64,000 bases of DNA from Escherichia phage 4E10. The stretch is taken from the sequence record OQ689735.1; one strand, written 5' to 3'. Both the position numbers and the translations under genes were made by a program. Position 1 is the first letter of the stretch; each line of letters starts with the position of its first letter. This document shows, one piece after another, positions 17,973-25,254 of the stretch. The notes under the pieces are model-generated. The model searched no databases and was not told the origin of the DNA. It saw only the letters and a list, made by a program, of their open reading frames with translations.

Positions 17973-18572
17973 AGAAACTTTTACTTTAGGCTGTTCTTCA
18001 AACGGTAATTCATATCCACATATTACAATTTTGTGATCGATACCAAAATACACAGAAGCAATATGATTAATATTATTTTCAGTGAAATCTAAATCAACAT
18101 CAATATCTTTTTGACTAACGCTCAAAGGATAATTAATACGAATAATTCGATTATCTTTAACAAAGATTCCACCGACATACTCTGTGTTGCGTTTAAAGTT
18201 TACACGTTTCCTAAATGAAAAATATTCAGGTTCTTTATGAGCCCGACTCATAGGACATAATGAATAGCTAGAATAAGAGATGTCAAATCCTACACCTTCA
18301 ATATGAACCAACGCGTCATGATTAAACCAATTATAATCATATGCCAAATCCATTATATTGTAATATGTGAAAGGCACCGGATTAACATCATATATTGTAC
18401 CTTTAAAATCTGCCCAGGCAACGATTTCATTATCTTTAACAATTACAAAAATTGTGCCAATAAGATATCCACGGTTATTTTCATCAGGCGTTATATTATA
18501 ACATTGTGCATCAGGAAATTTACCGTATTTAAACGGTGGATTTTTGTGCATATAATAAATCATATTATTCAC
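17931..18572 (-). CDS. hypothetical protein (T4 61.2 position; possible AdfA-like)
   Basis: 213-aa ORF; positional equivalent of T4 61.2. Confidence 0.5.
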   Translation of the reverse strand: MNNMIYYMHKNPPFKYGKFPDAQCYNITPDENNRGYLIGTIFVIVKDNEIVAWADFKGTIYDVNPVPFTYYNIMDLAYDYNWFNHDALVHIEGVGFDISYSSYSLCPMSRAHKEPEYFSFRKRVNFKRNTEYVGGIFVKDNRIIRINYPLSVSQKDIDVDLDFTENNINHIASVYFGIDHKIVICGYELPFEEQPKVKVSIDDQIFNAFMNKG

Positions 18573-18858
18573 CTGTGATTTCGGTTACGATATCTTTGTT
18601 ATCAAAATTAGGGTCACAATACAGAACATAATTATACTGCATTACACCACCAGACTTAAGCTGTTTTTGTACTTCAGCTTTCATTTCAGGACGATCGCGC
18701 TCAACGATATTCATAATATCCGCTTCAATTTGAGTTTCAACTTCAGTCTGATCTGCAGTCATAGACCATTCACATAAATCTTTATCATAACCTGCCATAG
18801 CAGGCTGAGCAGCACAAGAAGCTAAAGCAAAAATTGTAGCAAAGATAAATTTTTTCAT
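18565..18858 (-). CDS. sp: Spackle periplasmic protein
   Basis: 97-aa ORF with signal peptide; matches T4 Sp in size and position. Confidence 0.75.
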   Translation of the reverse strand: MKKFIFATIFALASCAAQPAMAGYDKDLCEWSMTADQTEVETQIEADIMNIVERDRPEMKAEVQKQLKSGGVMQYNYVLYCDPNFDNKDIVTEITGE

Positions 18859-18886
18859 GATAATCTCCTCAGTAGTTTATGTTTAT

Positions 18887-18916
18887 ATAGTATCTCAATT
18901 TCCAACAAAAGTAAAC
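18887..18916 (-). promoter_or_regulatory. T4-type early promoter
   Basis: GTTTAC, 18 bp, TACTAT on minus strand, then GGAG and the sp ATG. Confidence 0.5.
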
Positions 18917-18918
18917 AG

Positions 18919-19176
18919 TTATTTTAAAACTTCTGCGTAATCACATGTTACAAACTGTTTCTCTAACTTGTCGATTTTACGAAAATACCTTTTACACTGA
19001 CGAATCTGTCGCTTCGTAGGACGTACAGCAAACTTAATAAATTCCACTCGACCAAATGGAGGACTTTCTTCTGCTGGAATATCTAGCACCAATTCCCACG
19101 TATCTGCAATAAGTGCTTTGAATTGAGTATTTTTCCTGACGTTATACGGAGTAGGTTTAAATAAAACAATATGCAT
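18919..19176 (-). CDS. hypothetical protein (T4 61.4 position)
   Basis: 85-aa ORF. Confidence 0.5.
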   Translation of the reverse strand: MHIVLFKPTPYNVRKNTQFKALIADTWELVLDIPAEESPPFGRVEFIKFAVRPTKRQIRQCKRYFRKIDKLEKQFVTCDYAEVLK

Positions 19177-19177
19177 A

Positions 19178-19360
19178 TTATCCTCGGCAATCTACTTCAC
19201 ATACTTTCTTGTCATCAATGAAAGCTTTAACTAATGCTTTATTAACTTCAGCATATTGAGTAGTAGCCCATTGAACGTCATCTTTCATCATTGTGATTTC
19301 TTTAGTAAACATACTTTCATTCTTAAACCACCCCATAAAAACTACCTTTACCAATTCCAT
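19178..19360 (-). CDS. dmd: Dmd antitoxin
   Basis: 60-aa ORF; matches T4 Dmd in size, position and sequence. Confidence 0.8.
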   Translation of the reverse strand: MELVKVVFMGWFKNESMFTKEITMMKDDVQWATTQYAEVNKALVKAFIDDKKVCEVDCRG

Positions 19361-19389
19361 AACAATCTCCTCATTTAACCAACAAGACT

Positions 19390-19419
19390 ACTATACCATA
19401 GTCTTGTCAGCTTGTAAAC
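19390..19419 (-). promoter_or_regulatory. T4-type early promoter
   Basis: GTTTAC, 18 bp, TATAGT; ACAAGAC/GTCTTGT inverted repeat brackets the -10. Confidence 0.5.
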
Positions 19420-20846
19420 TAAAATTTTAATTCATTTGCCAAAGCATCTAACTGAGCTCGAGCTGATTCGTTTCTTTGATAGCGATTCTGTTCAGCCTGA
19501 ATCTGTTGTGAACCTGCTACTTCACTCAATTCGGTTGGAGTAGAATCTTGTTCAATTTCTACCCATTTTTGATTTCCTTTTTGAACACCCATCAAAAACT
19601 TATTCCACTTATTCTTATCACCATATCGTGATTTGATTTGCTTAATGAGTTGTTGTTCAGCAGCTGCTAGCTCCTCGGTTTCAATGACCGCAAGCATAAA
19701 ATCAGCTGTTGCTGGAAGACCAGCAGATTCTGCAATATCGCTCATGTTAACATCGGAAGAGTCCCAAGCTTGTTTACCAACCTGTGCTGCAGTCCAAAGA
19801 ACAGTTTCGGTTTCAACAGCCAGAGCACGCAATTCCTCTGCGATAGCTTTAACAGTTGTGTAACTATTTTCTGAATAAACTCGGATGCGACAAGATTTAC
19901 AAATACCCAGATAGTCGACAATAATGATTGTTGGAACAAAATTCTTTTTGAGCTTCAATTCATTCAAGAGAGACCTGAATGTGTTAGCGTCTGCTCCACC
20001 AGTAGGATACTGTTTAACGATTAAACGCCCAAGAGTAGATTTCTCACGCCATTTTTCCATTTTTCCTTTATACTCAGCGTAAGAAATATGTCCATCATCA
20101 ATATCGTCAAGAGAAACATCGAGCATATTAGCGTCAATACGTTTAGCACAGACTTCTTCTGCCATTTCCATGGAGATATAAAGAACATTATGTCCGAGCT
20201 GTAAATAATCTGCCGCTAATGAACACAATCCTAATGACTTACCAACGTTAACGCCAGCCATTAAAACGTTCAGTGTTCCGGTCTCAGCTCCGCCTTTAGT
20301 AATTTTGTTTAGAATTCTGAGTTTAAATGGAACTTTACGAGCTTTATTCATATAAGATAGCCAGCGTGCTTCGTAGTCATCCATCCAATCATGACCAACG
20401 TAGCTATCAAATGAAATTGATAATGCTTGTCGCATGATGTCAGGAATAGCACCTACATCTGGCATTTTCTTATTTCGTTTTTCCGGAGGAAGCTCAGCAT
20501 TAGTTTGAATTTCAATTATTTTAGACGTAGCATTAAACATCGCCCTTTGCTGAACATATTTTTCTGTTTCTTTTACTAACCAGCTGTGGTCTTCTGGAGA
20601 ATCAGCCAGTTTTGAAATAAGTGTTTTTACACCAGAATATTCTGTTTCAGTAAATGAACTATTTTCTAATGCAACATTTAACGCATTAATAGATGGAACG
20701 CTATGGTACTCATTAACATGAGATTTAATTAATTTGAATGTATTTTTAGCTGGACCACTTTCAAAATATTCTGAATCCATATATGGCCAAACTTTTGAAA
20801 AATAAGCTTGATCAAATATAAGATGAGAAAGAATAATTTCTACCAC
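19419..20846 (-). CDS. 41: replicative DNA helicase (DnaB family)
   Basis: 475-aa ORF; Walker A GVNVGKS; matches T4 gp41 length. Confidence 0.9.
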   Translation of the reverse strand: MVEIILSHLIFDQAYFSKVWPYMDSEYFESGPAKNTFKLIKSHVNEYHSVPSINALNVALENSSFTETEYSGVKTLISKLADSPEDHSWLVKETEKYVQQRAMFNATSKIIEIQTNAELPPEKRNKKMPDVGAIPDIMRQALSISFDSYVGHDWMDDYEARWLSYMNKARKVPFKLRILNKITKGGAETGTLNVLMAGVNVGKSLGLCSLAADYLQLGHNVLYISMEMAEEVCAKRIDANMLDVSLDDIDDGHISYAEYKGKMEKWREKSTLGRLIVKQYPTGGADANTFRSLLNELKLKKNFVPTIIIVDYLGICKSCRIRVYSENSYTTVKAIAEELRALAVETETVLWTAAQVGKQAWDSSDVNMSDIAESAGLPATADFMLAVIETEELAAAEQQLIKQIKSRYGDKNKWNKFLMGVQKGNQKWVEIEQDSTPTELSEVAGSQQIQAEQNRYQRNESARAQLDALANELKF

Positions 20847-20855
20847 ACTTACTCC

Positions 20856-21218
20856 TTAAAAGAATTTAAATTTTTTCTTTGACCTTTTATTAAATGCATC
20901 TTGTAGTTGCATTGTAATACATTTTTCTACATGAGGAGCTAACTCAGCTTTTCTTTCTTGGTCAAGAACAGCAAAGTCCATTACAACCTTTCCATCAACC
21001 CAATCTAATTTTGTCACATACACAATGTGTGTAGAACCATCTTCTAGTTTAATGACAATCTCCTGGATAACATTTTCCATGGCAGATTTAATTATCTTAA
21101 GAGATTCATTAAAAAGACGTTCTTTTCTTTCTTCTTCCCCCTCCGAAGAGGGGGATTCATCGATAATTTCTAGATCTAAATCTAAATCATCTTTATTCAT
21201 TAAATTCTTCCATATCAC
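20856..21218 (-). CDS. 40: hypothetical protein at the T4 gene 40 position
   Basis: 120-aa ORF between 41 and uvsX; acidic N-terminus; synteny only. Confidence 0.55.
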   Translation of the reverse strand: MIWKNLMNKDDLDLDLEIIDESPSSEGEEERKERLFNESLKIIKSAMENVIQEIVIKLEDGSTHIVYVTKLDWVDGKVVMDFAVLDQERKAELAPHVEKCITMQLQDAFNKRSKKKFKFF

Positions 21219-22374
21219 TTAACTGCTCGAGGTCAGTTTCTAAATCAGCAGCTGATTTACTTTTACTTTCTGGAGATTTAAATTTTTCAACCTTTGAGTT
21301 AATCAATTCATCAACTTCAGCTTCAACAATTTCATTACTATCAATAGCACCTAACTGATAAGCACGTTTAATAGCATCTCGGAATGGTTGATGCTTAAAT
21401 AAAGGACCCCAGAATGTAGTGCAGTTAGTATCTTTTGCACGCCAAGATTTTTCTTCGCGAATCATCTCACCGGTTTCTTCGTCAAGAAATTCACGAGCAT
21501 ACCAACCATTCTTAGGTTTTACCACGAATCCTAATTCTAGAGCCATATCTAACAATCCAGAATAAGGATCGATACCACCGTCAAATTTAACATCAATAAA
21601 GAATTTACTTTTTTCTTTAACGGTACGAGATTTTTCTACATTTAGAACAAATTGATACCCCTGAAGATCAGAACCATCTTTAATCTGACGTTTACCGATA
21701 ATGAATACAGTATCAGCCGAATACATTACGCCTGTACCACCTGTCATCACGGTTTTACTAAACATTTCAATTGTTTCAATTGTATGGTTAACCGCAACGC
21801 ATGGAATATTTTTAATGCTAAAGTAAGGAGTAACAATACGGAATAATGACTTCAGCGATTTAGCACGAGTCATATCTGCCACAGATTTTTCATTCAAGGC
21901 ATCTTCCGTTTCTTTCTTAGAAGCCATATTACCGATTGAGTCGATGAATACAATAACTTTTTCACCGCGTTCAATAGCTTCAAGCTGGTTCACCATATCA
22001 ATTTTCAGCTGTTCAACTGACTGGATTGGCGTATGAATTACTCGTTCCGGGTCAACTCCCATGGATCGCAAATAAGCTGGAGTAATACCAAATTCACTAT
22101 CATAGAATAGACAAACCGCGTCAGGATATTTGTTCAAATACGCCGCAACCATAGTCAAAGACATATTTGATTTAAAGTGTTTAGAAGGCCCTGCGAAAAT
22201 AGTTAAACCAGACTGCATACCGCCATCAATCGCACCAGAAATAGCGATATTAAGCATTGGAATTTTTGTACGGATTACATCTTTTTCATTAAAGAATTTA
22301 GATGTAGTCAGTTCAGCAGTCATTTTAGAAGTGGAAGCTTTAATCAAACGGGATTTTAAATCTGCGATAGACAT
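21193..22374 (-). CDS. uvsX: UvsX recombinase (RecA-like)
   Basis: 393-aa ORF; Walker A GPSKHFKS; strong match to T4 UvsX. Confidence 0.9.
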   Translation of the reverse strand: MSIADLKSRLIKASTSKMTAELTTSKFFNEKDVIRTKIPMLNIAISGAIDGGMQSGLTIFAGPSKHFKSNMSLTMVAAYLNKYPDAVCLFYDSEFGITPAYLRSMGVDPERVIHTPIQSVEQLKIDMVNQLEAIERGEKVIVFIDSIGNMASKKETEDALNEKSVADMTRAKSLKSLFRIVTPYFSIKNIPCVAVNHTIETIEMFSKTVMTGGTGVMYSADTVFIIGKRQIKDGSDLQGYQFVLNVEKSRTVKEKSKFFIDVKFDGGIDPYSGLLDMALELGFVVKPKNGWYAREFLDEETGEMIREEKSWRAKDTNCTTFWGPLFKHQPFRDAIKRAYQLGAIDSNEIVEAEVDELINSKVEKFKSPESKSKSAADLETDLEQLSDMEEFNE

Positions 22375-22451
22375 TCATTTTTTCCATAGGCATCATTATA
22401 TTTTCCTCACTGGTTAAAGATAAAGTAATTATAACACAATAAATTTAGGCA

Positions 22452-23300
22452 TTAATCAACTTCTATCGGATGAATAGCATTAAACTTATGAAATGCTTCT
22501 GATTTTTCTTTACGTGAAACACACATGCGAAGAACCTTTAATGGCTCATCTTCTTCACCCAACGATTTTCGTTTTTCAATATTCGATGTTTTCCAACGAG
22601 CTTGTTCTGGAAACTCTCTATTGATTTGCTCAAGCGCTCTATTATGTTTAGAATTACTACGAATTGAACTGCACCCGCCAGGAGCTTGTGCTTTTCCAGA
22701 TACAACCAGATATTTGAACAAGGCCAAATGCGGATAACCTTGATTAATTAAATTGAGAAATGCATACATATCTTCGCACAAATCAATTTTTCCATACCCA
22801 ATTTGTTCTGTCGTAAGTTTTCCGAGGTCATACCATGTATTCGTGAATCCATATGAATTTTCACGATAATTACCCCAAGATGAAGTAATTTTAAAAATAG
22901 GTAGACGAGCATGACCATGATAATACCCGCAATCCATGGCATCCTCAACATATTGAATCAATTCATAGAACTGTTCACGAGTTAATTGATTAATTTTATC
23001 TACACAACGACGATCATCTCTTTTTCGCATTGAACTCATACGAATAGTAGTATCATCGTCAATCATCCAGATTCGTTGACCTGCATACATATCAGTAATT
23101 GCTTTACGAGTACCGGCAATTCCGTTTACATCATCAGGAATAGTTATAATTTTAGCTCTAGACCCATAAGCGTCATGATAAGCTTTTTCTTCATGTTCAC
23201 GCACTACAATATGGGGTTCATAATCAGTCGGAAACATATCAAGGGCAGAAACTGCCCCGACACGCTGATAACTTGGAATTACGAATTGAATCATTTCCAC
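22452..23300 (-). CDS. putative GT-A fold glycosyltransferase at the beta-gt locus
   Basis: 282-aa ORF between uvsX and 42; DxD-like motif IWMIDDDTT; not T4 beta-gt as I recall it. Confidence 0.55.
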   Translation of the reverse strand: MEMIQFVIPSYQRVGAVSALDMFPTDYEPHIVVREHEEKAYHDAYGSRAKIITIPDDVNGIAGTRKAITDMYAGQRIWMIDDDTTIRMSSMRKRDDRRCVDKINQLTREQFYELIQYVEDAMDCGYYHGHARLPIFKITSSWGNYRENSYGFTNTWYDLGKLTTEQIGYGKIDLCEDMYAFLNLINQGYPHLALFKYLVVSGKAQAPGGCSSIRSNSKHNRALEQINREFPEQARWKTSNIEKRKSLGEEDEPLKVLRMCVSRKEKSEAFHKFNAIHPIEVD

Positions 23301-24031
23301 TCACCTTTATAGTCTTTTTTCACAATATGAGTTTCGCCAGTATTCCACCAATGATCAACCAAGTAAAAATGACGAGAATATACATGAAGACTTCCGACAT
23401 TCCATATAATAGAACCTGCTTTATACTGACGAATTGAATCGCCGGCATTCAAATCAGATACTAATTTATCTAATACGTATTTTTGCCATGCATAATCATT
23501 ACGGAATCCGAAGACCACGTCATTTGAGCGCATGCTTACTACTGCATTGACTTTCTTATCACGAATCAGGTACTGTACTGTATTAGTACACATGAAATCT
23601 GACATACCATCTTTATTGTAGTCAAATTGCATGGATGGACGAGTATAAATCATGATACCACGTCGAGAATCAGGGTTTTGACCAAGTTCAGCTAAACACA
23701 TATCATACTGGGCGTAGTTATCTTCTGACCAAATAGCCCAACCATAATTCGAGTTAATTTCGCCTTTAGAAGATGCTACCTGCTGCCAAATCTTTGGTGT
23801 TTCGCCTGGAATATCTTTAACAAACAAGCTCTTAGATTTATACCATTCAAGTTCACGCTGAATGTATTCATCATTAAGAGCGCCAAAAATAAACGGTTCA
23901 TCTGCTACAAATGATGCGCCAATAATTTCAATAGTTTTAACACCGGTTTTATCAACTACGAAATCTTTTTCTTTTAATGCAAGCCCCAAATGAAGACGGA
24001 TTTCTTCAACTGTCATAGAGTCACTAATCAT
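23291..24031 (-). CDS. 42: dCMP hydroxymethylase
   Basis: 246-aa ORF; matches T4 gp42 in length and position. Confidence 0.85.
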   Translation of the reverse strand: MISDSMTVEEIRLHLGLALKEKDFVVDKTGVKTIEIIGASFVADEPFIFGALNDEYIQRELEWYKSKSLFVKDIPGETPKIWQQVASSKGEINSNYGWAIWSEDNYAQYDMCLAELGQNPDSRRGIMIYTRPSMQFDYNKDGMSDFMCTNTVQYLIRDKKVNAVVSMRSNDVVFGFRNDYAWQKYVLDKLVSDLNAGDSIRQYKAGSIIWNVGSLHVYSRHFYLVDHWWNTGETHIVKKDYKGEWK

Positions 24032-24184
24032 TTAAACCTCAATTGATACATTCATATTTAACTTGTAACAGTAATAAGCTCCAACCTAAAATAATAGTTG
24101 GAATCATAAGAGGAACCGTTACACTATAGTATATACTTATTATAATCATCAAGATTAAAAGCAACACTGCTATAATTTTGCTTT

Positions 24185-24436
24185 TCATTCCTTCTCTCTG
24201 ATGATAATTACTTGATTTGGCTGTGCAGACTTTTTAGTTTCACCCGCAATTGACCAAATAAATGTAATAAACCAACCAATAATTGACCAGTTAAACAGTA
24301 AAGACGTGAAAAAGATTCCTACTGTCGATTTTGACCCACGCATCAAGGCGATAAACCATGGAAGCATGTATATAATAATAGCCAACACACCTGAAACTAA
24401 AACCATAAAAATTGAACCTGCTACTAAAGTTTCCAT
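24185..24436 (-). CDS. imm: Imm superinfection immunity membrane protein
   Basis: 83-aa ORF with two hydrophobic helices; T4 Imm size and position. Confidence 0.75.
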   Translation of the reverse strand: METLVAGSIFMVLVSGVLAIIIYMLPWFIALMRGSKSTVGIFFTSLLFNWSIIGWFITFIWSIAGETKKSAQPNQVIIIREKE

Positions 24437-24443
24437 GTTTTCC

Positions 24444-24824
24444 TCACTTAGTCAAATTTTTTACACATGAATTATAAGAATTCACTACATACTCCATCGG
24501 AGCATTTTTACCAGTACGCAACTGGTAATTATTAGCCCAATTTGCCCAAAGCACGGCGCAGTAATTTTCAATTTTTTCTTCGTGTGTAATTACATCCGAA
24601 TTACGATATGCTTGAGCAGATTCATCTGGACGAATAGCTTCGTCAAAATTTGCCTGCATTTGTTCTACTGTTTTCTTTGGAGCTTCTTTATAACACTTGA
24701 CATTAGGATTATAAAACTTGCTTGAACAGTTTACAATTTTTCCTACATCAGACTGATTTACTACCGGTCCTTGAGCCACACAACCAGTAAGACCTAATGC
24801 AATAACCAAAATAGCGATTTTCAT
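24444..24824 (-). CDS. putative lipoprotein (T4 imm.1 position)
   Basis: 126-aa ORF; signal peptide with lipobox LTGC. Confidence 0.55.
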   Translation of the reverse strand: MKIAILVIALGLTGCVAQGPVVNQSDVGKIVNCSSKFYNPNVKCYKEAPKKTVEQMQANFDEAIRPDESAQAYRNSDVITHEEKIENYCAVLWANWANNYQLRTGKNAPMEYVVNSYNSCVKNLTK

Positions 24825-24834
24825 AATAATTTCC

Positions 24835-25071
24835 TCAAATGCAAGTAGTAATTACTCCAGTAGTGCTTATGCAGATATTACCCATTTGCACACCTAAAGA
24901 TCCATTTGTATTCACATGAAGATTATCATCAATTTTAACTGATATTTTACCATTAGTGTGAATAACGGTGCTAGATTTAATCACAGGTTGAGTATCATTT
25001 TCAACACTAACAAATGGAACTGCTACTAATGCAACTAAACAAACTGCTAAACACCCCATAACAATTTTCAT
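24835..25071 (-). CDS. small secreted/membrane protein
   Basis: Track ORF 24835..25083 trimmed to ATG after GGAGAA; N-terminal signal-like segment. Confidence 0.5.
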   Translation of the reverse strand: MKIVMGCLAVCLVALVAVPFVSVENDTQPVIKSSTVIHTNGKISVKIDDNLHVNTNGSLGVQMGNICISTTGVITTCI

Positions 25072-25108
25072 TTTATTCTCCAAATCTGTATCAGTAGTTG
25101 ATAGTTGT

Positions 25109-25138
25109 ATAGTACCACAGAAGAACAGTCTTGTAAAC
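25109..25138 (-). promoter_or_regulatory. T4-type early promoter in a repeated cassette
   Basis: GTTTAC, 18 bp, TACTAT; about 50 bp identical to the cassette at 51431..51480. Confidence 0.6.
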
Positions 25139-25224
25139 AGTTTTGTGAAAATTTTTTAGGGAATTCTAAAGGTCTAGAATCATCTGTTTTTCATAAGTAT
25201 AGATTTATATTACTTGTATGAAAA

Positions 25225-25242
25225 AGGGACCCGGAGGTCCCT
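25225..25242 (-). terminator. hairpin terminator (AGGGACC-CGGA-GGTCCCT)
   Basis: Perfect 7-bp stem after gene 43 stop. Confidence 0.5.
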
Positions 25243-25254
25243 AGATTTATTCTA

